A stretch of 64,000 nt of DNA. It comes from an uncultured Victivallales bacterium. Lineage in GTDB: Bacteria > Verrucomicrobiota > Kiritimatiellia > UBA8416. The position numbers and the translations under genes are program-made. The stretch lies in the NCBI GenBank assembly GCA_964609395.1, contig CAZSRU010000004.1, forward strand, positions 6,263 to 70,262, in the 5' to 3' direction. The first letter of the stretch is position 1. The number at the start of each line of letters is the position of its first letter. The notes beneath the pieces are model-generated. The model worked only from the letters and a program-made list of their open reading frames with translations, searched no databases and had not been told where the DNA came from. Shown here piece by piece: positions 34,173-43,284 of this stretch.

Positions 34173-34907
34173 TTAATACGCCCCCTTGCCCAGCAGGACA
34201 GCGGGGATGGTTTTGAGAAGAATCCCTATGTCATTCCAGACGCCCTGTGTCCGGATATACCGCACGTCGAGCTGCACCTGCTCGCGGAAGGGGATGTCGG
34301 AGCGGCCGGAGACCTGCCAGATGCAGGTGATCCCCGGAGTCACATGCAGGCGCTTGCGGTCCTCCAGCGTGTACTGCGCCACCTCCGCAGGCACCGGGGG
34401 CCGGGGACCGACCAGCGACATGTCGCCCAGCAGCACATTGATGAGCTGCGGGAGCTCGTCGAGACTGTAGCGCCGCAGGAAGCCCCCGATCCGGGTAATC
34501 CGCGGGTCCTTCTTCATCTTGAAGATGACGCCGTCGCCGGATTCGTTCTGCGCGAGCAGTTGCGTCTTGATCGCATCCGCGTTGCGCACCATCGAGCGGA
34601 ACTTGTAGAACCGGAACACGCGACCGTTCAGCCCGACCCGCTTCTGGAAGAAGAAGACAGGGCGCCCGTCCTCGATGATGATGATGGCCGCCAGGGTCAG
34701 GAACACCGGCGAGAGAACCACCAGCCCGGCCAGCGAGGCGGCAATGTCAATCAGGCGCTTGACCGCGAAAAGCGTGCCCAGGCTGGCCTCCCAGACCAGC
34801 AGCTTGACTTTCTGGCGGCGCTGGAACCGGCGCACCCCGGCCTTCGAGACGGGGAGATCGAGCGTTTTGAACACTTCCATCCTGGCCTGGTAGATATCTG
34901 CATTCAT
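34173..34907 (-). CDS. polyprenyl-phosphate sugar phosphotransferase (bacterial sugar transferase, priming enzyme)
   Basis: Start ATG 34905-34907 overlapping stop of upstream gene; motifs KFRSMVRNAD, LDELPQLINVLLGDMSLVGPRP, PGITCIWQVSGRS. Confidence 0.85.
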   Translation of the reverse strand: MNADIYQARMEVFKTLDLPVSKAGVRRFQRRQKVKLLVWEASLGTLFAVKRLIDIAASLAGLVVLSPVFLTLAAIIIIEDGRPVFFFQKRVGLNGRVFRFYKFRSMVRNADAIKTQLLAQNESGDGVIFKMKKDPRITRIGGFLRRYSLDELPQLINVLLGDMSLVGPRPPVPAEVAQYTLEDRKRLHVTPGITCIWQVSGRSDIPFREQVQLDVRYIRTQGVWNDIGILLKTIPAVLLGKGAY

Positions 34908-37045
34908 AAGCCGCTCCCGCCTTTCCCGTTCGCGCCAGGGCCGGTGTCGCCACAGTCCGGCAAGTCCTCCGATGCCAGATCCGCGCACAGGCGCTTCGCG
35001 ACCCCGGCATCCAGTTCATAAAGCGTATAGTTGCAGTCGTCGCGCCGGAAACTCCAGATCCGCTTGGTGATGCTCCAGATCATCTGCAGGCCGCGCCCGT
35101 TCTCCTGCGTGTCCGGGGTTGCGCTCGCGGACCGTTTCCGGATCTCGTCCGGCAGGTTCCACGGAATTCCATGGTCCCGGAACAGGATCGTGCATCCGTC
35201 CGCCGTGCGGCATAGCCGCAGGTGGCACTCCACCCCGGCCGGCAACCGCCCGTGCCGGACGGTGTTGACGTTGTGCTCTGTCGCCAGCAGCCGGGCAAAC
35301 AGCGCCGAATCGGGATCCCAGCCGTCGGCCAGGAGCCGGTCATGGATGTGCCCCGCGATCCGATCGGCATCCTCGACGGACGACAAGGCGTAAGCGGCGG
35401 AATCCAGCAGATCCTGCGGGGCGTGCAGATGCACGCAGAGCAGGCTGCAATCGTCCGTGTCAATCCGGTATCCTGCCTCGGCCAGATTCTCCAGCACCCG
35501 GTCCGGCGGGACCGACGAATTCGCGCGGTAACGGGCGGATCGGATGGCCACCTCCAGTCCCTCGGTACCGCAGGCGCTCCCGTCCGGGCGTCGCGCCTCG
35601 GTGAGCCCGTCGGTGTAGAGGAACACGGACGGTCGATCGGGAAGGGCGACGACAACCTCATCCTCGGGCACGTAGGGCGGCTTAAGACCGGGCGGCATGA
35701 CCCCGATCGGCATCCCGCCAGCCCCATCCGCGTGCAGGTCCCGTCGCTCGCCATGCTCGTCGTAGACCAGCGGCTCCGGATGGCCGCAGGAGATCATCTC
35801 CATCAGCCGGGTTGCCGGATCCAGGCGGATCATCAGCAGCGTGGCATAGATCTCCGGGTCGGGAACGCTCCTGCAGAACCGGTTGTGAATCTCGTTCACC
35901 AGCAGGTAGAGCGGCATCTGCGCACTGCCGAAACCGAAGGCGACATCGCTGACCAGGGCCTTGAGCAGGGCCGACACCAGGGCCGAGGCGACGCCATGGC
36001 CGCACACGTCCGCGACATAGGCCATGAGCCGCCCGTCGGGCAGCTCATGGATATCGAACATGTCGCCGCCGATCTGCTGGCTCGGCCGGTAGGCGACCAT
36101 GACATCGTAGTCCTTTCCTGGCCGGGGCACCCGATTGAAAAGCTTGGCCTGGAGCGCACCGGCGATTTCAAGTTCGCGCGACATGCGCAGGTTCCAGTTC
36201 TGCATGGCGTCGCTCTTGCGTTTCAACTGCAGGGCATTGCCGACACGCGCAAGCAGCTCGCGGATATGGAAGGGCTTGCGGATATAATCGAACGCCCCCA
36301 TCTGGAACGCATGCTCGACATCCTCCGCCGATGTGCGCGCCGTCACCATGATCACCGCTGTGCCAACGGTATCCGGGGACGCGGTCAGCCGGGCGCAGAC
36401 CTCATAGCCGCTGATGCCGGGCATCACGACATCAACCAGCGCGAGATCGGGCTGGCGGCAGCGCACAACCTCCAGTGCCTGCTCCCCGTTGTCCGCCGTC
36501 AGCACCGTGGCTCCACAGGCGGTCAGCAGCTTGCCGAGGTACTCCCGATTGGGGGCCTCGTCATCGACAACCAGGATATTGCCCTGAAGCAACGGCAGGT
36601 CGGCAGGCCAGCCGGACGATTCCATTCCGATGCCTCCTGCAGGAAACGTTTCGCTCCAGCCGACCAGTGCCCGCAGAAGATCCCGGCAGCGGGCGAAATC
36701 ACCTGCGCGCGCGGCCGTACCGAGGTCGTAACCGAGAACGGATATCTCAGGCAGGCCAACGGTCCCCCCCATGCCCTGAAGCGTATGGGCATGACGCCGT
36801 ATCCCCTGCTCGTCGGCTTGCGCGATCGCCTCGCCGATCCCCCGTGCGGCCAGTTCAATCTGCTGGTTGAACGCCTGGCGCAGCGTATCGTCCATGCCGA
36901 CAAAATCGGTGCGGTACGCCTCGCTTCGCGCCGCCAGATCGGGAATCAGCGGCAGCAGCCACTGGCGGGCAAGCATTCCCTGCAAATCCCCCGCGCTGGC
37001 GGGACCTGGCTCTGGCACACTGTAATTATGTTCCCTTTGCGACAT
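34904..37045 (-). CDS. Hpt-REC-PP2C(SpoIIE)-HATPase fusion protein (HptB+HsbR-like partner-switching regulator)
   Basis: Start ATG 37043-37045 (MSQREHNYSV...); Hpt-like HAHTLQGMGGTVG; REC (ILVVDDEAPNREYL...LALVDVVMPGISG); PP2C/SpoIIE (GGDMFDIHELPDGRLMAYVADVCGHGVASAL...TDGLTEA); RsbW-like GHKL kinase (LATEHNVNTVRHG...DHGIPW). Confidence 0.8.
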   Translation of the reverse strand: MSQREHNYSVPEPGPASAGDLQGMLARQWLLPLIPDLAARSEAYRTDFVGMDDTLRQAFNQQIELAARGIGEAIAQADEQGIRRHAHTLQGMGGTVGLPEISVLGYDLGTAARAGDFARCRDLLRALVGWSETFPAGGIGMESSGWPADLPLLQGNILVVDDEAPNREYLGKLLTACGATVLTADNGEQALEVVRCRQPDLALVDVVMPGISGYEVCARLTASPDTVGTAVIMVTARTSAEDVEHAFQMGAFDYIRKPFHIRELLARVGNALQLKRKSDAMQNWNLRMSRELEIAGALQAKLFNRVPRPGKDYDVMVAYRPSQQIGGDMFDIHELPDGRLMAYVADVCGHGVASALVSALLKALVSDVAFGFGSAQMPLYLLVNEIHNRFCRSVPDPEIYATLLMIRLDPATRLMEMISCGHPEPLVYDEHGERRDLHADGAGGMPIGVMPPGLKPPYVPEDEVVVALPDRPSVFLYTDGLTEARRPDGSACGTEGLEVAIRSARYRANSSVPPDRVLENLAEAGYRIDTDDCSLLCVHLHAPQDLLDSAAYALSSVEDADRIAGHIHDRLLADGWDPDSALFARLLATEHNVNTVRHGRLPAGVECHLRLCRTADGCTILFRDHGIPWNLPDEIRKRSASATPDTQENGRGLQMIWSITKRIWSFRRDDCNYTLYELDAGVAKRLCADLASEDLPDCGDTGPGANGKGGSGL

Positions 37046-37166
37046 CGTGGCGCATGGTACAGGCAATTACACTTATTTGGCAAGCGCGTTCTTCCGCCAC
37101 CGTGGTTCAGAAAAGCAACCGTCAACGCGCTTGCATTGCCCGCCATTTTCTGGGAATCTTCCCGCC

Positions 37167-39255
37167 ATGGCTATACAACCCCTTTTCGATGAACCGTTTC
37201 TGCGTGCCCAATGGGGCTCGGAGTTCGAGTCCTTCCAGGAAAGTCCCGAGGCCGCCGCCCTGCTGGCACGTCTGCGGGCCTGGTCGGATCGCGAGCAGCT
37301 CAACGAGCGGTCGTCCGAGACCGCCTTCATCCAGCGCTTTTTCGTGGAAACGTGGGGCTACCGCCTGCAAGGCCATGCCGAAACGGGCGACGCCTATACC
37401 TGCCGCCCGCAATTCGAGGTGGCCCGCGCGGGCCAGTCCGGCGGCATCGGCTTTGCCGATCTGGCACTGGGCCGTTTCGGCCGCGATGGCATCCCCCAGG
37501 TGCTCTGCGAATTCAAGGATATCCGCTCCGGGCTCGACGCCCGCCAGCTCCGCAAGAATAACGACCGCTCACCCGTGGACCAGTGCTTCGACTAGCCATC
37601 GAGAAGACCTTCTACCGCGAATACCACGACTACCGCCAGTTCGTCTTCCGCACCCTTGTCGAAGCCAATCCGGATTTCCCCGGCACGCGTGGCCGTCTTG
37701 TGCGCCTGACCCAGCGCTTTCTCGACCGCTGCATCTTCATCCTCTTCTGCGAGGATATGGGCCGCGTCCTGCGCTATCCGCCCGAGCTGCTGCGCGATCT
37801 GCTGATGGAGGAAAGCCAGAGCCGCTTCTACAACCCCGAGGGAACGCGCCCCTGGGATGCGATGCGCGACCTCTGCCGGGCCATGCGCGAGGGTGGCCAT
37901 TTCGGCCCGCATACGATTGACCGCTTCAACGGTGGACTCTTCGAGCCAGACCCCGAACTCGATGCCTTCCCGAATGGGTCGTGCGCTATCTCGTCGAGCA
38001 GACCCTCGGCACGCGCCTCGACGACATCAAGGCCGAACTCGGCTTTACCGCCCTGCCGCCGCTCGACGAGGCCGCTCTTGCCGAATACCGGGCCTACCGC
38101 AATGACCGCCGCCGCACGGCACCCGCCGCCAGCGCGCATCTCGAGTTCCTCCGCAAATACCGGTTCCGGCTCGACCGCGTGCGCATCGTGGATCCCGCCT
38201 GCGGCTCCGGGGCCTTCCTGATCCAGGCGCTCAACCGCCTTGTCGAGGAATACCGCTGGGTCATCGCCGAGCAAGCCCGCATCGAGGGCGAACAGAGCCT
38301 CTTCGATCAGGACTCCGTCATCCGTTCCATTCTCGCCCACAACATCTACGGCGTGGACATCAACCCCGAATCCGTCGAGATCACCAAGCTCGCGCTATGG
38401 CTGCACACCGCGGCCCCCGGCAAACCGCTCTGCTCGCTGGATGCCAACATCCGCTGCGGCAACAGCCTGGTCGGACCCGACTTCGCCGAGTTCTACCGCC
38501 AGAAGCACACCACGCTCTTCGAGCAGGCCGACGAGAACGAGCGCGAGCGCATCAACGCCTTCGACTGGGAAGCCGCCTTTGCCGACGTCTTCACCCACGG
38601 CGGCTTCGACTGCGTCGTCGGCAATCCGCCCTACATCAAGCTCCAGCACTTCCGCCGTACCCAACCGGACATCGCCGATTACTTAGTAGGGCAAGCTTCC
38701 AGCTTGCCAAATCGCAAGCAAGATGCTTGGGCTACTTACGAAAGCACCCAGACCGGCAACTTCGACATGTACCTGCCCTTCATCGAAAAGGGGATCCGAC
38801 TGCTGCGCCCCGAAGGCCGCATGGGCTACATCGCGCCAAACGTCTGGATGGTCAACGACTACGGCAAGGCCCTGCGCGGTCTCGTGCGCCGTACCCGCGC
38901 GCTCGACCGCTGGGTCGATTTCAAAAGCCACCAGATCTTCGACGAAGCCATCACCTACACCGCCCTCCAGTTCTTCTACGACCGCCCCGACACCCCCTTC
39001 ATCGCGGCCCAATGGCGCTACACCCTCCGCGACGCCAACGTAACGGAAGCCTACGACGGCAAACGCCTTCTCAAAGACCTCCTCACCCTCCGCACCACCA
39101 CCGACACCCCCCTCCGCGACCGCATCCTCACCCTCGACGCCGAAATCACCGCCCTGGACACCACCATAGCCACCCGCGAAACCGCCCTAAACGCCATTAC
39201 CTACCGCCTCTACCGCCTAACGCCGGAAGAGATTGCAACGGTGGAGGCGGGGTGA
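37167..39255 (+). pseudogene. MmeI-family Type IIG restriction-modification enzyme gene disrupted by at least two frameshifts
   Basis: Three table ORFs in three frames (37167..37595, 37583..38221, 37981..39255). N-terminal PD-ExK region (GIGFADLALGRFGRDGIPQVLCEFKD). MmeI-like helical region (IEKTFYREYHDYRQF...CIFILFCEDMG). Gamma-class MTase motif I VDPACGSGAFL and motif IV VVGNPPYIK. C-terminal ...YRLYRLTPEEIATVEAG. Confidence 0.7.
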
Positions 39256-39872
39256 TGAATGCCGGTGTGAACACCGCCAGCAAAACGCCCGCCGCGCCCC
39301 CTCGTCCTGCGCCCCTTGTTCACAAGGGGCCTGTTCACAAGGGGCCAAGAGAAAAGGTGCAAGGCTACCGCTTCCCCACCCGCGATTACCGCCAACCCGC
39401 CTTCTACCTGATCACGATGAGCGCCCTCGACCGCCGCCCGCGTTTCGCCACCTGCGCCGAGAACCGCACCACGCTGACCGAGGACGGCCAGCTCGTTTAC
39501 GACCTCTGGCACCGCATCGCCAAAGACTACCCGCAAATTGCGCTTTCGACGCTGGTCATCATGCCCGACCGCCTGCACGGCATCGTCTCTCGATTCATCT
39601 CGCCGGGGGAAAAGGACATCGCCCGCGCCGCGCTGGATGCGGGCGGCGTGGTCATCCTCATGAAACCCGACGGATTCCCGCCCTGCTTCAAGCCCCACGG
39701 CAAATACTTCGACCTCTGTGTCCAAGGCCGGCTCCTCATCCTCGCCTGCCGCCCGCCCGCGGCAGGCAACACCCCCGTCACCCGCGATCTCTGCCTCGCC
39801 ATGAACCGCTGGTGCCAGCACGTTGCAAAGCCACTATGCCCCGTGGATGGAGAAGATGAGGGCAGGGAATGA
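39255..39872 (+). CDS. IS200/IS605-family (RAYT-like) transposase-related protein, probably inactivated derivative
   Basis: 205 aa; YRFPTRDYRQPAFYLITMSALDRRPRF and VIMPDRLHGIV (HuH degenerate to RLH); 5' end contains two copies of palindromic ccccttgttcacaagggg REP-like unit; start overlaps stop of Type IIG gene. Confidence 0.45.
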   Translation: MNAGVNTASKTPAAPPRPAPLVHKGPVHKGPREKVQGYRFPTRDYRQPAFYLITMSALDRRPRFATCAENRTTLTEDGQLVYDLWHRIAKDYPQIALSTLVIMPDRLHGIVSRFISPGEKDIARAALDAGGVVILMKPDGFPPCFKPHGKYFDLCVQGRLLILACRPPAAGNTPVTRDLCLAMNRWCQHVAKPLCPVDGEDEGRE

Positions 39873-39890
39873 GCATGAATCGAAAACAGC
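39853..39890 (+). repeat. partial/degenerate copy (rep0) of the ~145-bp cassette repeat
   Basis: gggcagggaatgagcATGAATCGaaaacagc resembles core ctgggaatgtgataggaatatgaatcATGAATGCGgaac of rep1-3; lies at the GC-content drop. Confidence 0.3.
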
Positions 39891-39899
39891 AATACCAAC

Positions 39900-40697
39900 G
39901 TGGCAATCGGAAGCAGCGTTATTACAATCGGCAACTATGCGTTCTCAGGCTGCAGAAAACTGACTAACATTACAATTCCAGACAACGTTAGCACCATCGG
40001 TTCATATGCATTCCAATACTGCGACAGCCTGGCCAACGTGATCATGGGCACAAGTGTTTCTTATATCGGTTCCTTTGCTTTTGAAAACTGCTATGGCTTA
40101 CTAAGCGTCGTGATTCCTGACAACGTCACTGATATTGGCAACTGGGCTTTCGGAGGCTGCACAAATCTGGCCCGTGTAACAATCGGCAACGGCGTCACCA
40201 CCATCGGGTCCTACGCTTTCTACTGGTGCTCAACTCTCACCGTTGTGTATTTCACTGGTGACGCACCTGCTCCCGATGCTTCAGTATTCGAAAACTCCCC
40301 CGCCACCATCTACTACTTGCCTAACACTATCGGCTGGGGCGACACATATTCCACCCGTCCCGCCAAACTCTGGAATCCCACGTTCACATTCATCGATATC
40401 AACGCAGGCATCATGACCTATACTATTGCAGGTACTCCGGAGATTCCGATCGCGATTGAAGTTCGTACGAATCTCCTCTCAGGCGAATGGACTCGGCTCT
40501 CCACAACTAACCTTACTGAGGGATTCCTTAATATCCAAATCTCCCGACTCAACCAACCATGCTGCTCTGTTTTATCGTATCGTCGGCCCGTGAGTGGAGC
40601 AGCAGAGCTTTTTTGGGGCTCACCGCTCTTCACCTTGAACTCCCTAATGGGGCAGCGCGATCAATTATTGTGCATGGTAATGACTCTGGGAATGTGA
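39900..40697 (+). CDS. BspA-type leucine-rich-repeat protein, probably a fragment
   Basis: GTG start, no RBS or signal peptide; repeated ~22-aa units (I..IGNYAFSGC..L..ITIPDNVSTIGSYAFQYC..L..V); low-GC; 3' end runs into repeat rep1. Confidence 0.5.
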   Translation: MAIGSSVITIGNYAFSGCRKLTNITIPDNVSTIGSYAFQYCDSLANVIMGTSVSYIGSFAFENCYGLLSVVIPDNVTDIGNWAFGGCTNLARVTIGNGVTTIGSYAFYWCSTLTVVYFTGDAPAPDASVFENSPATIYYLPNTIGWGDTYSTRPAKLWNPTFTFIDINAGIMTYTIAGTPEIPIAIEVRTNLLSGEWTRLSTTNLTEGFLNIQISRLNQPCCSVLSYRRPVSGAAELFWGSPLFTLNSLMGQRDQLLCMVMTLGM

Positions 40698-40775
40698 TAG
40701 GAATATGAATCATGAATGCGGAACTTACAAGGCGTTGTGTGCGGGCGATGACGGAGACCGGCGAGGGATCGCTGG
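40628..40775 (+). repeat. ~145-bp interspersed repeat, copy 1 (rep1)
   Basis: ~85-90% identical to copies at 41803-41950 and 43979-44122 over ...gcgatcattttgtgcatggcaatgactctgggaatgtgataggaatatgaatcatgaatgcggaacttataaggcgttgtgtgcgggcgatgacggaaaccgg.gaggg. Confidence 0.75.
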
Positions 40776-40921
40776 TGCCGCTGTGCCGTAAAATCGTGCG
40801 CAATTTCCACGTGGCCGAGGTTCCGCATCGGAGCAGGCAGACGAAAACAAAGCAAAGCGTCTTCTTGCAAACGTGACCAGCGTCGGTCATAGTCTATCGC
40901 AAAAGCGCAGGCAGGTACTGG

Positions 40922-41722
40922 ATGACAGTTCAGAATTCAATTACTTTTGGCGACTACATCGTCTTTGTCGATGAAACCGGCGATCACGGCTTAAACAGCA
41001 TCAGCAAGGAATTCCCGCTGTTTGGTTTGGCATTTTGCGTCGTTCGAAAATCCGAGTACATCGGCACCATCACGCCCGCTCTGCGTCGGCTGAAGTTTCA
41101 GACATTCGGGCACGATATCATCGTACTGCATGAGCACGATATCAGGAAACGCGAGAATGCCTTTGCCATGATGAGCAGGCAACCTCGTGAGGCATTTCTA
41201 AATGCGCTAACAAAAATCATCGAATCGGCCGCATTTAGACTCATCACGGTCATTATCGATAAACGGCTTTTGTCTCCTTCGCTGGAAGCGCAAAACCCTT
41301 ATCACATGGCGCTTTTGTTTGGTCTTGAACGTGTATACCGCATGCTATCAGAATGCGGGCAGGCCGACACATTTACGCATATTGTCGTTGAGTCGAGGGG
41401 CAAGCGGGAAGATGCTGAACTCGAACTGGAGTTCCACCGCATCACGGAAGGTGAGAATACGTTCGCCAAACCATTGCCGTTCCGTCTGATCATGGCCGAT
41501 AAACGGACCAATTCCGAAGGGCTTCAGCTTGCGGATATGGTTGCACGCCCCGTTGCGCTTTCAATCCTTCGCCCTGATCAGGCAAACCGAGCCTTTGATG
41601 TCTTACGTGACAAATTCTGGACCAGCGCCGACGGCATCATGGATGATTACGGTCTTAAAGTGTATCCGACAAAAACGAAAGGGCCACCGGGAAGTCCCAG
41701 TAGCCCTTCGCCGAACGGGTAG
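40922..41722 (+). CDS. DUF3800-family protein
   Basis: 266 aa; N-terminal YIVFVDETGDHGL and C-terminal SEGLQLADMVARP signature regions; low-GC; flanked by rep1 and rep2. Confidence 0.6.
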   Translation: MTVQNSITFGDYIVFVDETGDHGLNSISKEFPLFGLAFCVVRKSEYIGTITPALRRLKFQTFGHDIIVLHEHDIRKRENAFAMMSRQPREAFLNALTKIIESAAFRLITVIIDKRLLSPSLEAQNPYHMALLFGLERVYRMLSECGQADTFTHIVVESRGKREDAELELEFHRITEGENTFAKPLPFRLIMADKRTNSEGLQLADMVARPVALSILRPDQANRAFDVLRDKFWTSADGIMDDYGLKVYPTKTKGPPGSPSSPSPNG

Positions 41723-41802
41723 TCCCATTCCAAATCTGGTTTGATACTAGCCTGTCTTAGTGAAATAGCCAATCATTTTTTCAGTTGGCATTTGGGGTAC
41801 TC

Positions 41803-41950
41803 CATTCTCCCCTTTGAATTGCCGAGGGGCCGCGATCATTTTTGTGCATGGCAATGCGCTGGGAATGTGATAGGAATATGGATCATGAATGCGCAACTTA
41901 TAAGGCGTTGTGTGCGGGCGATGACGGAAACCGGTGAGGGCACGCTGGTG
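41803..41950 (+). repeat. ~145-bp interspersed repeat, copy 2 (rep2)
   Basis: see rep1; carries conserved short ORF start ATGAATGCGcaacttataaggcgttgtgtgcgggcgatgacggaaaccggtgagggc (MNAQLIRRCVRAMTETGEG). Confidence 0.75.
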
Positions 41951-41999
41951 ATGGTTTTTTGAGAATTGAACGGAGTATGACATTGGAAGGAGGCCGGTT

Positions 42000-43280
42000 A
42001 TGGCCAAGATTGAAGGGTTCAGGGTACGCAACTTTGGCGTGCTGAGGGATGTTACGCTTGGGAAATTGTGGAATTTGCAGACTGCCCAGCCGTTGACCCC
42101 CATGACTGCGGTTATCGGCAAGAACGGCGTCGGCAAAAGCACGTTGTTCAATGCATTCGGCTTTCTCGCGGATGCCTTGAAATCGGGTGTCGAGGAGGCT
42201 TGCGACGCGCGCGGGAGAGGCGGATTCGACAGGATTCGGTCTCAAGGCATCAAAGAGCCGGTAGAGTTCGAGATCTACTACAAGGAAGAGGGCAGTACAC
42301 GTCCAATCACGTACTCACTCTCGATGGATCTGGACAAGACCGGCCGTCCCTATGTGAAGCAAGAACGGTTGCGGCAGCGGCGCAAGGGCCAGAAGCATGG
42401 GTGGCCATTCTCGTTTCTGATGCTGAACGATGGCAAGGGTGTCGCGTGGAAAGGCGAGGATGCCGGCTGGGAGGTGAACGAGGACAAGGAGTTGTTCGAT
42501 CTGGCAGGTCTTATTGACGAGGTGCAGCGCAAGGAAGGTCCTGAAACCGAAGTCGTTGAGTTGCAGGACAAGCGTAAACTCGGCATTGCCACACTCGGGT
42601 CTTTGAAACAACATCCCCGCATCTCGCTGTTCCGGCAGTTTATCGAAGGTTGGTATCTGAGCTACTTCACGCCTGACGCCGCCCGAGGATTGCCGCTGGC
42701 CGGTCCGCAACGCCATTTGAACATTCACGGCGACAATGTCGGTAATGTCGTTCAGTACATGGAGCGGGAATACCCCGCTAAGTTCCAGACCGTACTGGAT
42801 CGCATCTCGAAGAAGATTCCGGGTATCGATAAGATCACCTGGGATAAGACGAAAGACGGCCGGTTGCTGCTCTGTTTTAACGACAAGGGATTCGAAGATC
42901 CCTTTTATGCCCAACAAATGTCGGACGGCACACTGAAAGTATTCGCCTACCTTCTTTTGCTTGAAGACCCTTCGCCCCCGCCGTTCCTATGCATTGAGGA
43001 ACCAGAGAACGGGCTCTATCACAAGTTACTCGAGACTCTGGCGGCTGAGTTCCGTGCCCATGCAACGGGAAGAAAAGGCGGTTCGCAGGTTTTCGTCACT
43101 ACGCATCAACCGTATTTTGTCGATGCACTGACCCCCGAAGAGGTGTGGGTATTGGAAAAGGGCAAAGACGGTTTCTCAACCGTCCGTCGCGCTAGCGACG
43201 ATCAAACCGTACAGAACATGGTAACCGAAGGGTTGCCCCTGGGCGGCCTGTGGTACAGCGACTATCTTGACGCGAGGTAA
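42000..43280 (+). CDS. AAA/ABC-type ATPase of two-gene defence-like module (AbiLi / PARIS AriA-like)
   Basis: ATG after GGAAGGAGG; Walker A VIGKNGVGKSTLFNAFGFL; ABC signature-like QMSDGTLKV; Walker B/D-loop PPFLCIEEPENGLY; H-loop VFVTTHQPYF. Confidence 0.75.
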   Translation: MAKIEGFRVRNFGVLRDVTLGKLWNLQTAQPLTPMTAVIGKNGVGKSTLFNAFGFLADALKSGVEEACDARGRGGFDRIRSQGIKEPVEFEIYYKEEGSTRPITYSLSMDLDKTGRPYVKQERLRQRRKGQKHGWPFSFLMLNDGKGVAWKGEDAGWEVNEDKELFDLAGLIDEVQRKEGPETEVVELQDKRKLGIATLGSLKQHPRISLFRQFIEGWYLSYFTPDAARGLPLAGPQRHLNIHGDNVGNVVQYMEREYPAKFQTVLDRISKKIPGIDKITWDKTKDGRLLLCFNDKGFEDPFYAQQMSDGTLKVFAYLLLLEDPSPPPFLCIEEPENGLYHKLLETLAAEFRAHATGRKGGSQVFVTTHQPYFVDALTPEEVWVLEKGKDGFSTVRRASDDQTVQNMVTEGLPLGGLWYSDYLDAR

Positions 43281-43284
43281 TCGC

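Noticed and set aside
39875-39967. 30-aa ORF MNRKQQYQRGNRKQRYYNRQLCVLRLQKTD with GAGGG RBS as the true start of the LRR gene
   Set aside because: It is in a different frame from the LRR ORF and would require a frameshift. It more likely belongs to the degenerate repeat copy rep0. The LRR ORF is treated as a fragment.
40718-40882. Short ORFs starting MNAELIRRCVRAMTETGEG in each cassette repeat as real protein-coding genes
   Set aside because: Only the first ~18 codons are conserved. Downstream sequence, length (21-54 aa) and stop position differ between copies. The opposite strand is equally conserved, so conservation is at nucleotide level. A leader-peptide role remains possible.
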